Shown piece after piece: positions 27,004-35,799 of a stretch of DNA of 40,336 nt. Source of the DNA: an uncultured Candidatus Saccharibacteria bacterium (GTDB lineage: Bacteria > Patescibacteriota > Minisyncoccia > Phycocordibacterales > UBA9973). Position numbers and translations under genes: made by a program. Under the pieces are notes generated by a model. That model did not search any database and was not told where the DNA came from. It worked only from the letters and a program-made list of their open reading frames with translations. Every line of letters begins with the position of its first letter. Position 1 is the stretch's first letter. Location of the stretch: the NCBI GenBank assembly GCA_964418145.1, contig CAYQKC010000002.1:1-40336 (forward strand), written 5' to 3'.

Positions 27004-29287
27004 CTTTTTTGAGTTTGTGAGGGTTGTGATTTTCGCAGTTTTTATTTGAACATCTTTCAGGAATAGTTTTTGTGCCTTCCATCATCAAGTTTCCGCATTT
27101 GGGACAGATATTCCCGGTCGGTTTTGCTTTAATGGCAAACTGACAGTTTGGATAATTGGAGCAGGAATAAAATGTGCCGAACCTTCCGCGCCTTTCTGAG
27201 ATCTCTCCGTTTTTGCACTCCGGGCATTTTACACCGGTCTTTTTTCTGGCTTCTTCGACTTCATCTTTTTTTATAAATTTGCATTTCGGATAGCGCGAAC
27301 AAGAGATAAAAGTTCCGGACCCATCGCGCCTCTCGCGGATTATCAGTTTTCCGCTCTTGGAAGATCCGCATTTCGGGCATATCTCGCCAGTTTCTTTCGG
27401 ACCTTCTACTTCTGTCCCATCAAGGCGCAATGCCCCGCTACAATCAGGGTATTTTGAACATGAATAAAATTTGCCTTTACGAGAGAGTTTGATAATCATT
27501 TCACCCCCGCATTTAGGGCATTTGATATCCTTCGGCGCCTTGCCTAAATTAGTCGCTTTTTCAAGATTTTCCTTGCTTTTCACTTCTTCGGAAAAAGGAC
27601 CGTAGAAATTTTCCAAGGTTTCCCTATAATCTCGCTCTCCGCGCGAAATCTCATCCAATTCATCTTCCATTTCAGCCGTAAAAGTATCGGAAATATACTT
27701 GGCAAAATATTTTTCCAAAAAATCGGAAACTACTTCGCCCACATCGGTTGGGTAGAGAGTTCGCCCTTCTTTTTTTACATAACCGCGGTCTTCCAAAGTT
27801 TTCATTATTGAGGCATATGTCGAAGGCCGGCCGATATCTCGCCATTCAAGCTCTTTCACTAGTCCTGCTTCGGTATATCTGTCTGGAGGTTCGGTAAATT
27901 TTTTATTGCTTACAAGTTTGAGCAGTTTTAATTCTTCTTCGATTTCCACTTTCGGCAATTCTATATTTTCTCCTCGGGCGCCGGTATCGCAAATGAGCCA
28001 GCCCGCAAAGAGGATTCTAGAACTGGTGGCGGAAAAATCCGGAATTTTCAACTTGGCGACCTGGCCGCCAAGTACACTTGGCGGCCAGGTCGCCAAGTTA
28101 GCTATTACTTTTGTTTTCAGGAGTTTGGCATCAGCCATCTGGGAAGCGACAGCTCTTTCCCAGATAAGCCTATAAAGTTTTTTCTGTTCTTCATTTATCC
28201 CGGCGGAAGTTTCTTCTATGTGCGAAGGGCGAATAGCTTCATGCGCTTCCTGGGCATTTTTTGATTTAGCTTTATAGAATTTCTTTTCGGCATATTCTTT
28301 GCCGTATTTTTTTTCTATCACTTTCAAAATTTGTTCTTGGGCTTGGAGAGATAAATTTACACTGTCCGTCCTCATATAAGTGATATGGCCCGCTTCATAG
28401 AGTTTTTGTGCGATCTGCATCGTACGAGAAGGGGAAAAGCCCAGGCGGGTGCTGGCAGTTTGTTGGAGGGTAGAAGTGGTAAAAGGCGGACGAGAAGACC
28501 GCTTTTGTTCGCTTTCTTTCAAATCTTTTACGAACCACTTATTCTTTTCTCCGAGTTCCAGTATCCTTTTCGCTTCTTTCTCGTCCTTAGGTTGCTCGGA
28601 ACAAAAAAGCTTCAATTTTTCTTTTTTAATGGTCTGAAAGAGCCCTTCCAAGATAAAATATTGCTCTGGGACAAAAGCTCTAATTTCTCGTTCGCGCTCC
28701 ATGATAATCCGGAGCGCTGGAGACTGCACTCGCCCGGCAGAAAGGCCGTAACGGACTTTTTTCCAAATAAGCCCGGAAAGATCGTAGCCCACTAATCTAT
28801 CAAGCACGCGCCTGGCTTCCTGAGCCTTGACCAGTTTTTGATCTATTTCATCCGGTTTTTTTATGGCTTCTCCCACTGCCTCTTTGGTGATCTCAAAAAA
28901 GCGGACTCTCTTGATAGGAATATTTACTTCACCGAGAGTTCTTCTCCTTGATAAGGAGAGGGCGGCCGAAGGCCGAGTGAGGTTCTCTTTTTTCTTGAGA
29001 ATTTCAGAAACATGCCAGGCTATTGCTTCTCCTTCGCGGTCGGGGTCCGTGGCGAGTAATATTTCGTCGGATTTTTTTGCCAAGTTTTGCAATTCATGCA
29101 CTATTTTTTCTTTGCCTTTGGAAATTTCATAATGCGGAATAAACCCACCTTCTATGTCGATGGCTTCTTTGTTTGATTTCGGCAAGTCACGGATATGCCC
29201 TACCGAAGCGCGCACAGTATAAACACCCTCCAGATATTTTTCTATTGTTTTTGCTTTTGAAGGTGATTCAACTATTAAAAGTTTCAT
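26996..29287 (-). CDS. topA: DNA topoisomerase I with C-terminal zinc-ribbon repeats
   Basis: Toprim MKLLIVESPSKAKTI, LATDPDREGEAIAWH, ITYMRTDS (catalytic Tyr) and four CxxC...CxxC fingers at the C-terminus. Confidence 0.95.
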   Translation of the reverse strand: MKLLIVESPSKAKTIEKYLEGVYTVRASVGHIRDLPKSNKEAIDIEGGFIPHYEISKGKEKIVHELQNLAKKSDEILLATDPDREGEAIAWHVSEILKKKENLTRPSAALSLSRRRTLGEVNIPIKRVRFFEITKEAVGEAIKKPDEIDQKLVKAQEARRVLDRLVGYDLSGLIWKKVRYGLSAGRVQSPALRIIMEREREIRAFVPEQYFILEGLFQTIKKEKLKLFCSEQPKDEKEAKRILELGEKNKWFVKDLKESEQKRSSRPPFTTSTLQQTASTRLGFSPSRTMQIAQKLYEAGHITYMRTDSVNLSLQAQEQILKVIEKKYGKEYAEKKFYKAKSKNAQEAHEAIRPSHIEETSAGINEEQKKLYRLIWERAVASQMADAKLLKTKVIANLATWPPSVLGGQVAKLKIPDFSATSSRILFAGWLICDTGARGENIELPKVEIEEELKLLKLVSNKKFTEPPDRYTEAGLVKELEWRDIGRPSTYASIMKTLEDRGYVKKEGRTLYPTDVGEVVSDFLEKYFAKYISDTFTAEMEDELDEISRGERDYRETLENFYGPFSEEVKSKENLEKATNLGKAPKDIKCPKCGGEMIIKLSRKGKFYSCSKYPDCSGALRLDGTEVEGPKETGEICPKCGSSKSGKLIIRERRDGSGTFISCSRYPKCKFIKKDEVEEARKKTGVKCPECKNGEISERRGRFGTFYSCSNYPNCQFAIKAKPTGNICPKCGNLMMEGTKTIPERCSNKNCENHNPHKLKKVL
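28050..28099. repeat. perfect 24+24-nt GC-rich inverted repeat inside topA, translated in frame
   Basis: AACTTGGCGACCTGGCCGCCAAGT-AC-ACTTGGCGGCCAGGTCGCCAAGTT. It encodes NLATWPPSVLGGQVAKL in topA and NLATWPPSTLGGQVAKL on the opposite strand. Confidence 0.9.
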
Positions 29288-29293
29288 TTTGAA

Positions 29294-29302
29294 AGTATTA
29301 CA
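29294..29302 (-). promoter_or_regulatory. -10-like element TGtAATACT 6 nt upstream of the topA ATG
   Basis: The minus strand reads TGtAATACT-ttcaaa-ATG(29287). Confidence 0.4.
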
Positions 29303-29333
29303 CCAAAGCGCTTAATTTGGCAAATTTACCTAT

Positions 29334-30212
29334 TTAGATCCTATGCAGTTCTCCCAGCTCCTCCGTGATCAGCCCCTTGATTTCCATTACCGAGAGCAGG
29401 GAATTAGCCTCGGGTGTCCCCATATTGAGAGCCCGAATTAAATCATCTCGTGGGAGAGGTTCTCGTAAAATATTAAGGACTTTTTTCTCTTTAGGTGAAA
29501 GGTCTGCGAAAAGCTGGGCTTGTTTTTCTTCATTTACTTCTTTTTCAAAACCGAGTGCTTCGAGCACATCTTCGGCGGAAGTGACCGGCGTGGCGCCCTG
29601 GTGGATCAATTTATTTGTGCCTTTTGAAGTTGGTAAAAATATTGATCCGGGAACCGCCAGCACATCTTTATTGTATTCCGTGGCAAGTCTCGCGGTAATA
29701 AGAGTACCGGATTTTTCTTCAGCTTCAATGATAAGCACCGCCTTGGAAATTCCGGCCATCAGGCGGTTTCGCATCGGGAAACCCCATTGCTGCGCCTTGA
29801 AATCCGGTTCAAATTCCGATATAAGGCACCCGTTTTTTTCTATCACTTCGCGGATGAGGCCGACATTTGTTTTCGGGTAAATAGCTTCATCGGAAAGTCC
29901 GGAACCTGGGAAGGCTATGGTTCTGAGCCCGACCTGCATCGCTTTTTTGTGCGCAATGGTATCTATCCCCATAGCGAAACCGGAAACGATTACAATGGGA
30001 TAACCCCTCAAGCCTTCAATGATTTTCTCGCAAGCTTCTTTACCGTAAGAAGTAAATTTGCGAGAGCCGACTACGGAAAGATAAACCAGGTCTTTTGTTT
30101 CTGGCAAATCAGGATCTGGCAAATTGCCGATAATCCAGAGATCTTCCGGCGGCTCCGGAATTTCAAAGAGAGCTTTGGGAAACTCCGTCTTGTCTAATTT
30201 TCTGATTTGCAT
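29334..30212 (-). CDS. dprA: DNA-processing protein DprA (Smf)
   Basis: Rossmann-like core VVSGFAMGIDTIAHKKAM...GTLITARLATEYNKDVLAVPG and a C-terminal winged-helix. The dprA-topA order is conserved in many bacteria. Confidence 0.88.
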   Translation of the reverse strand: MQIRKLDKTEFPKALFEIPEPPEDLWIIGNLPDPDLPETKDLVYLSVVGSRKFTSYGKEACEKIIEGLRGYPIVIVSGFAMGIDTIAHKKAMQVGLRTIAFPGSGLSDEAIYPKTNVGLIREVIEKNGCLISEFEPDFKAQQWGFPMRNRLMAGISKAVLIIEAEEKSGTLITARLATEYNKDVLAVPGSIFLPTSKGTNKLIHQGATPVTSAEDVLEALGFEKEVNEEKQAQLFADLSPKEKKVLNILREPLPRDDLIRALNMGTPEANSLLSVMEIKGLITEELGELHRI

Positions 30213-30218
30213 TTTGTA

Positions 30219-30227
30219 ATTATATCA
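30219..30227 (-). promoter_or_regulatory. extended -10 promoter TGaTATAAT, 6 nt upstream of the dprA ATG
   Basis: The minus strand reads TGaTATAAT-tacaaa-ATG(30212). Confidence 0.55.
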
Positions 30228-30236
30228 ATTTTCATA

Positions 30237-30242
30237 TATAAT
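30237..30242 (+). promoter_or_regulatory. -10 hexamer TATAAT 8 nt upstream of the serS ATG
   Basis: TATAAT-acataaat-ATG(30251). No SD. Confidence 0.45.
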
Positions 30243-30250
30243 ACATAAAT

Positions 30251-31516
30251 ATGCTAGATATAAAATTCATCCGTGAAAATAAAGACATAGTGAAAGAAGG
30301 CGCAAAGAAGAAATTCGTCGATGTTGATATAGATAAATTATTGGAGCTTGACGATGAAAGGCTAAAACAACTTAAGGAAGTGGAAGACTTGCGAAGTGAG
30401 ATAAACAAAGTCTCAAATGATATCGCCGTTTCCAAAGATCAAATAAAGCGCACTCAACTCATTGAAGAAATGCGCGCCGTTAAAGAAGATATCAAGCAAA
30501 AAGAAGAAAAACTCAAAAAAATAATGGAGGATTGGCAGAAGATAATGCTCCAAGTGCCGAACGTGCCGGATGTAACCGTTCCTGAAGGTAAGAACGAAGA
30601 AGAAAATAAAGAAGTCAGAGTCTGGGGCGAAAAACCGAGATTTGATTTTGCTCCCAAAGATCACGTGGCTATCTTGGAATTCCTTGACTTGGCGGATTTT
30701 GAAAGAGGCGCAAAAGTTTCTGGCTTCAGGGGATATTTTATGAAAAACGACGGAGCAAGGCTGTTCTTTGCCCTTTGGCAATATTTTTTGGATTATTTTA
30801 TTTCGCAAGGATACACACCGATGATCGTGCCGTCGCTTGTCAGAAAAGAGACTTTGATGGGTACTGGCTATTTGCCGATAGGCGAAGAAGATTTATATAA
30901 AACTCAAGACGGAGAATATTTGGCCGGTACGGCAGAGGTAGCTACGATGTCTTATCATTCCGGAGAAATTTTGGATAAAAAATCTTTGCCTCATAGGTTT
31001 ATCGCTTTTTCTCCTTGCTTCAGGCGTGAAGTCGGAGCGCACGGCAAGGATATCAAGGGCATTATCCGCGTGCATGAATTTTTCAAATTAGAGCAAGTCA
31101 TCTTGTGCGAAGCAAACCACCAAGAATCCGTAAAACTTCACGAGGAGATCACCGCTCATGTAGAACATCTAATGCGAGAGCTTGGGCTCCCTTATAGGGT
31201 AGTGGCCAATTGTGGCGGGGACTTGGGCTTGGGGCAGGTCAAAAAATATGATATTGAAGCCTGGATGCCTTCGCAGGAAAAATATCGGGAAACGCATTCG
31301 TCTTCTTATTTTCATGATTTTCAAGCTCGCCGTTTAAATATCAAATATAGGGACGATGACGGAAAATTAAAATACGTGCATTCTCTCAACAACACGGCCT
31401 GCGCCACTTCTAGACTACCGGCGGCGCTACTCGAAAACTATCAGCAAGCAGACGGCAGCATTAAAATTCCGGAAGTTTTAAAGAAATACATGGGGGGCAA
31501 AGAATTCATTAAATAG
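30251..31516 (+). CDS. serS: serine--tRNA ligase
   Basis: MLDIKFIRENKD, an N-terminal coiled-coil arm, and class II motifs FRRE.G..G.D..G..RVHEF and GLPYRVV. Confidence 0.95.
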   Translation: MLDIKFIRENKDIVKEGAKKKFVDVDIDKLLELDDERLKQLKEVEDLRSEINKVSNDIAVSKDQIKRTQLIEEMRAVKEDIKQKEEKLKKIMEDWQKIMLQVPNVPDVTVPEGKNEEENKEVRVWGEKPRFDFAPKDHVAILEFLDLADFERGAKVSGFRGYFMKNDGARLFFALWQYFLDYFISQGYTPMIVPSLVRKETLMGTGYLPIGEEDLYKTQDGEYLAGTAEVATMSYHSGEILDKKSLPHRFIAFSPCFRREVGAHGKDIKGIIRVHEFFKLEQVILCEANHQESVKLHEEITAHVEHLMRELGLPYRVVANCGGDLGLGQVKKYDIEAWMPSQEKYRETHSSSYFHDFQARRLNIKYRDDDGKLKYVHSLNNTACATSRLPAALLENYQQADGSIKIPEVLKKYMGGKEFIK

Positions 31517-31519
31517 ACG

Positions 31520-32395
31520 ATGAAGAGGAAAAAAAGAGTTCTGCATTCAGAACGCCTTACAAAGATAAAAAAAAACAGGCGCAAAGTTTTTGCCAAAAGA
31601 TTTTTTACCTGGTTTTTCTTGGTTGCCATTCTCCTCGTGGGGCTCGTTTATTTGTCTAGGTGGCAAGAGATGAATATCGGTGACATAAAAATATTCGGCA
31701 ACAAGGCAATAGATACCCGGTCAATTGAAAAAAAGGTGCGCGAAGACTTGTCCGGATATTATTTATGGGTTCTGCCTAAAACGAATTTTATTTTTTATCC
31801 GGCCGGAAAAATCAAGTCCGATATAATGGAAAAATGGAAGAGGATTAAAAATATCTCCGTCTCCGTAGAAAATATCAGAACCTTGAAGATAAATTTATCT
31901 GAACGCTCTCCGCTTTATACTTATTGTGGAGAAATTCTTCCTGTCACAATAGATAGCGGGCAAGAAAAATGCTATTTTATGGATGAGAGCGGCTATATTT
32001 TTGACGAAGCGCCTTATTTTTCAGGCAATGTCTATTTGAAATTTTATGGGAAGACAGACAGAAATGGAGCGGATCTTTTAGGCGCTTATTACTTTGATTC
32101 AAATTTCGGTAAGCTAGTTATGTTTAAGGATAATCTCATAAAACTTGGCCTAAACCCTGTGATTTTCAGCCCTTTGGACGACGGGGATATGGAAATTTAT
32201 TTTGCCTCCAATCTGAAATCGCAATTGGGGCCGAAGCTTGTCTTTAAATCCGATGCGGATTTGGGGCAAATGACAGAAAACCTGCAGTCAGTCCTCGGCA
32301 CGGATCCGTTTCAAACGGATTTCAAGAAAAAATACGATTCGCTCCAATATATAGATTTGAGATTCGGCAACAAAGTGTATTATAAATTTCAATAA
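31520..32395 (+). CDS. FtsQ/DivIB-like cell-division protein (N-terminal TM anchor + POTRA-like region)
   Basis: Basic N-terminus, one TM segment (FFTWFFLVAILLVGLVYL), then IGDIKIFGNKAIDTRSIEKKV, as in FtsQ POTRA. The assignment rests on architecture only. Confidence 0.55.
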   Translation: MKRKKRVLHSERLTKIKKNRRKVFAKRFFTWFFLVAILLVGLVYLSRWQEMNIGDIKIFGNKAIDTRSIEKKVREDLSGYYLWVLPKTNFIFYPAGKIKSDIMEKWKRIKNISVSVENIRTLKINLSERSPLYTYCGEILPVTIDSGQEKCYFMDESGYIFDEAPYFSGNVYLKFYGKTDRNGADLLGAYYFDSNFGKLVMFKDNLIKLGLNPVIFSPLDDGDMEIYFASNLKSQLGPKLVFKSDADLGQMTENLQSVLGTDPFQTDFKKKYDSLQYIDLRFGNKVYYKFQ

Positions 32396-33355
32396 ATGAA
32401 AGCAAAAAATTTTTGGAAAAAATTAAACAGGCCTTTTTTCTGTTTGGCACCAATGGCGGATGTCACCGACTGCGCCTTCAGGCAGATAATAGCTAAGTGC
32501 GAACCTCCTGATGTCTTTTGGACTGAGTTTGTATCGGCGGACGGATTGGCACATAAAGAAGCAAGAAAAAAATTATTAATAGATCTTAAATTTAGTAAAA
32601 ACGAACACCCTATTGTTGCCCAATTATTCGGATCAAATCCTGAAAATATAGAAAGTGCCACCAGACTTTGCAAGAAATTAGGCTTTGACGGAATTGACAT
32701 AAATATGGGTTGTCCTGATAGGGCGATAGAAAAACAAAATTCCGGGGCGTCAATGATAAAAGATTTGAAAAAGGCCCGTGAAATTATAGAGTCTGCTCGC
32801 AAAGGCTCGGGCGGGCTTCCAGTTTCAGTCAAAACCCGTATCGGCTATGCGAAAAACGAGACGGAGACCTGGCTTCGCGGACTTTTGGAAGAAAACCTAC
32901 CGGCGCTTACCGTGCATTTGCGCACCCGCAAGGAAATGTCTAAAGTTCCAGCGCATTGGGAGCTTATGAAAAGGATTGTAGAGTTGCGAAACGAAATAAG
33001 CCCGGAGACTTTGATAATAGGAAACGGAGATGTAAAAGATTTAGAAGAGGGGAGAAAAAAAGTAAAAAAATATAAATGCGACGGCATTATGATTGGTAGA
33101 GGTATTTTTGGCAGCCCATGGTTATTTAGTGAAAGAGAAGTTAATTTAGAAGAAAAATTAGAAATTTTAATTAGGCACGCAAAACTCTTTGAAAAACTTA
33201 TCGGTAAATATAAAAGTTTCGCTGTGATGAAAAAGCATTTCAAGGCCTATGTGAATGATTTTCCGGGTGCCAAAGAATTGCGTACAGAACTGATGAAAAC
33301 CAAAAATGCCAAGGGGGTGGGAAGAGTAGTGAAAAATTTTTTAAAAAGTTTATAA
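32396..33355 (+). CDS. dus: tRNA-dihydrouridine synthase
   Basis: LAPMADVTDCAFRQI, GIDINMGCP and VSVKTRIG, with a TIM-barrel Dus layout. Confidence 0.9.
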   Translation: MKAKNFWKKLNRPFFCLAPMADVTDCAFRQIIAKCEPPDVFWTEFVSADGLAHKEARKKLLIDLKFSKNEHPIVAQLFGSNPENIESATRLCKKLGFDGIDINMGCPDRAIEKQNSGASMIKDLKKAREIIESARKGSGGLPVSVKTRIGYAKNETETWLRGLLEENLPALTVHLRTRKEMSKVPAHWELMKRIVELRNEISPETLIIGNGDVKDLEEGRKKVKKYKCDGIMIGRGIFGSPWLFSEREVNLEEKLEILIRHAKLFEKLIGKYKSFAVMKKHFKAYVNDFPGAKELRTELMKTKNAKGVGRVVKNFLKSL

Positions 33356-33362
33356 TAGACGC

Positions 33363-34409
33363 ATGGAACATTTGGTTTTATATAGGAAATACAGGCCTAA
33401 AAGCTTTGAAGAGGTATTGGGGCAAGACCATATTGTGAAAGTTCTGGAAAGCTCCATAAAGGCGGGCAAGGTCTCTCATGCATACCTTTTTGTAGGTTCT
33501 CGGGGCACGGGCAAGACCTCAGTAGCTCGTATTTTTGCCCGCGAGATCGGGGTTTCCGAAAACGACCTCTATGAGATAGATGCCGCTTCAAACCGCGGGA
33601 TTGAAGATATCAGGGCCCTTCGCGACGGCGTACGAGTGCTTCCTTTTGATTCCAAATACAAGATTTACATCATAGATGAAGTACATATGCTCTCCAAAGA
33701 CGCTTGGGGCGCCCTCTTAAAGACCTTGGAAGAGCCTCCGAAGCACGTGATATTCATCTTGGCAACGACGGAGGTTCATAAAGTTCCAGATACGATCATT
33801 TCCCGATGCCAAGTTTTCACTTTTAAAAAGCCTTCCGATCTTTTGCTTAAAAATATGGTCACGAATATCGCCAAGAGCGAGGGCTACGAGCTCGACCAAG
33901 GTTCCGCCGAGCTTATCTCTATAATGGGAGACGGTTCGTATCGCGATGCGCAAGGAACGCTTCAGAAAATTTTAAATTTCAGCAAGAGTAAAAAAATCAA
34001 AAGGGAAGAGATTGAAAAAATAACCGGCGCGCCGAAGACCGCCTTGGTGAATGAATACATCTCCGCCATTGCGGAGAAAAATTTGGAAAAGGGAATTACT
34101 GCCGTCCGCACTGCTTCTCTGGAAAATCTGGATATGAAATTATTCTTAAAGCTGATCGTTGAAAAATTCCGCATGGCCATTGTCCTGAAATATGCGCCTA
34201 AGCTAGAAGGAGAAATGACAGGGGATTTATCCGAGGATGACTTAAAGTTTTTGAGAGATTTGATAAAAGAAAAAAAGGAGGCAAAGTTTGACTCTCAAAG
34301 CCTCTCCGCTCTCCTTTCCGCCTATGCGGATATAGACAACGCCTTCGTCTCCGAACTGCCCCTCGAGCTTGCGATAATCAAAATATTAGGGCAAGATAAA
34401 GAAGTTTAA
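33363..34409 (+). CDS. dnaX: DNA polymerase III subunit gamma/tau, short form
   Basis: YRKYRPKSFEEVLGQDHIV, HAYLFVGSRGTGKTS, IYIIDEVHML and SRCQVF. Confidence 0.9.
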   Translation: MEHLVLYRKYRPKSFEEVLGQDHIVKVLESSIKAGKVSHAYLFVGSRGTGKTSVARIFAREIGVSENDLYEIDAASNRGIEDIRALRDGVRVLPFDSKYKIYIIDEVHMLSKDAWGALLKTLEEPPKHVIFILATTEVHKVPDTIISRCQVFTFKKPSDLLLKNMVTNIAKSEGYELDQGSAELISIMGDGSYRDAQGTLQKILNFSKSKKIKREEIEKITGAPKTALVNEYISAIAEKNLEKGITAVRTASLENLDMKLFLKLIVEKFRMAIVLKYAPKLEGEMTGDLSEDDLKFLRDLIKEKKEAKFDSQSLSALLSAYADIDNAFVSELPLELAIIKILGQDKEV

Positions 34410-34414
34410 TAAAT

Positions 34415-34485
34415 TGGGAGATCGTCTAACGGTAGGACAGAGGCCTTTGAAGCCTTTAATCTAGGTCCGATTCCTAGTCTCCCAG
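34415..34485 (+). tRNA. trnQ: tRNA-Gln (anticodon TTG)
   Basis: TGGGAGA-TC-GTCT-AACGGTA-GGAC-A-GAGGC-CTTTGAA-GCCTT-TAAT-CTAGG-TCCGATT-CCTAG-TCTCCCA-G. It has the U1-A72 pair typical of Gln. The T-loop is atypical (TCCGATT). Confidence 0.82.
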
Positions 34486-34556
34486 CTTTGAGGAGAAGTT
34501 AGGTAGTTAAAGAGAAATAATATAATTGAATTGATGAAGATTTTTATGTTTCAAAT

Positions 34557-34955
34557 ATGAAAAATGGTAGCAAAATAAATAGTAATCCTGTTTATGGAAA
34601 TAAGGAAAATGAAGTCGTCTCATATCGTTATATAAAAACACCAACAAATCCTAGTGTCGAACAAATCCGTGTTGCCAATGAAATAAACACAAAATACGAA
34701 GAGGAAAACCATAAATCTTTTGCTAATTCTTGGAAAATAAAAGAAGAATTATTTAATGAAAAAATTAAAAATGGTGAAATGGTTTTCTTGGGCGAAATGC
34801 CTTGGGATGAATATATAAAATTGAGAACAACTAATCAGCCAGATGCTCACCAAATAAAATATGAATTAACTCCAGTTTTTGATGAAAATCAAATCACATG
34901 GAATAAAGACAAAGAAAGAGTTTACGCTTATACTGGAATTGAAAAGTCTGAATGA
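34557..34955 (+). CDS. hypothetical protein (orphan)
   Basis: 132-codon ORF with a TGA stop. Very AT-rich and no recognisable motif. Confidence 0.55.
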   Translation: MKNGSKINSNPVYGNKENEVVSYRYIKTPTNPSVEQIRVANEINTKYEEENHKSFANSWKIKEELFNEKIKNGEMVFLGEMPWDEYIKLRTTNQPDAHQIKYELTPVFDENQITWNKDKERVYAYTGIEKSE

Positions 34956-34967
34956 AAGAAAAATTCT

Positions 34968-35738
34968 ATGGTAGAAAATTTGCCAAAAAATCTTAATAAT
35001 CAAAATGAAATTAAATCAGTTGAAGAAAAAATTGAGACTATTGAAATTGGTAAGGAATCTTTGGAAAATAAGAATCAAAACGAAAATTTACCCGATAAAG
35101 ATAATACAATAAATAAGGAACAGGAAATATCTATTCTTAAAGATAGAATTGAAGCAGATACAAATAAATTAAATGCCATTCGAGCAGAACTTGGTCTTCA
35201 GCCAAATAATGAGGATATACCATCATTGGAAATTTCAAAAACGAAATTAAAAAATATGGAGGAAGAATGGAAAAAACATCTTCAAGAAGTTTCTGGAACA
35301 GGAATGGGGCATGATGACATATTTAAAACTTTTCTAAATAAACAAGAAGACGGTTTACCAAAAAGCTATGAAGTAATGCCAAATTATCTAAACTATAAAA
35401 AATCACAAGAAGAAAATCAAAAAATGTACCCGGGTATTCCGTCAGAAGTTTTTGATGAAATTAAATCTGACTTAGATAATTTACCTGAAAGTAACGAAGT
35501 TTTGAAATTTAATAAAGGACAAATTTTGGAACTTGCAATAAATTCAAATAACACTGTCCGTTATCAAATTTTTGAAGCAACAAAAGGACATTATTTTATT
35601 GGAAAATTTGATCCAGTTAATCCAAACACTGCTTCTAAAATGGGTGAGTATTTTACATCAAAAGAAAGAAAGACTGGTGAAAATCCAGACTTAATTGTTT
35701 GTAGCTCTAAAGAATTAGAGCAGTGGTTGAAAAAATAA
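34968..35738 (+). CDS. hypothetical protein (orphan; low-complexity/coiled N-terminal half, globular C-terminal half)
   Basis: 256-codon ORF 12 nt after the previous one. N/E/K-rich N-terminus and no recognisable motif. Confidence 0.6.
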   Translation: MVENLPKNLNNQNEIKSVEEKIETIEIGKESLENKNQNENLPDKDNTINKEQEISILKDRIEADTNKLNAIRAELGLQPNNEDIPSLEISKTKLKNMEEEWKKHLQEVSGTGMGHDDIFKTFLNKQEDGLPKSYEVMPNYLNYKKSQEENQKMYPGIPSEVFDEIKSDLDNLPESNEVLKFNKGQILELAINSNNTVRYQIFEATKGHYFIGKFDPVNPNTASKMGEYFTSKERKTGENPDLIVCSSKELEQWLKK

Positions 35739-35758
35739 ACTACCAAAATAATTTTTGC

Positions 35759-35777
35759 ATCTCGGCTTTGCCGAGAT
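35759..35777 (+). terminator. hairpin after the orphan pair (possible terminator)
   Basis: ATCTCGGC-TTT-GCCGAGAT, followed by TTCAATG...TTTTCTTTTTTG. The U-tract is not immediately adjacent. Confidence 0.35.
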
Positions 35778-35799
35778 TTCAATGTTAGGTATTTTCTTT

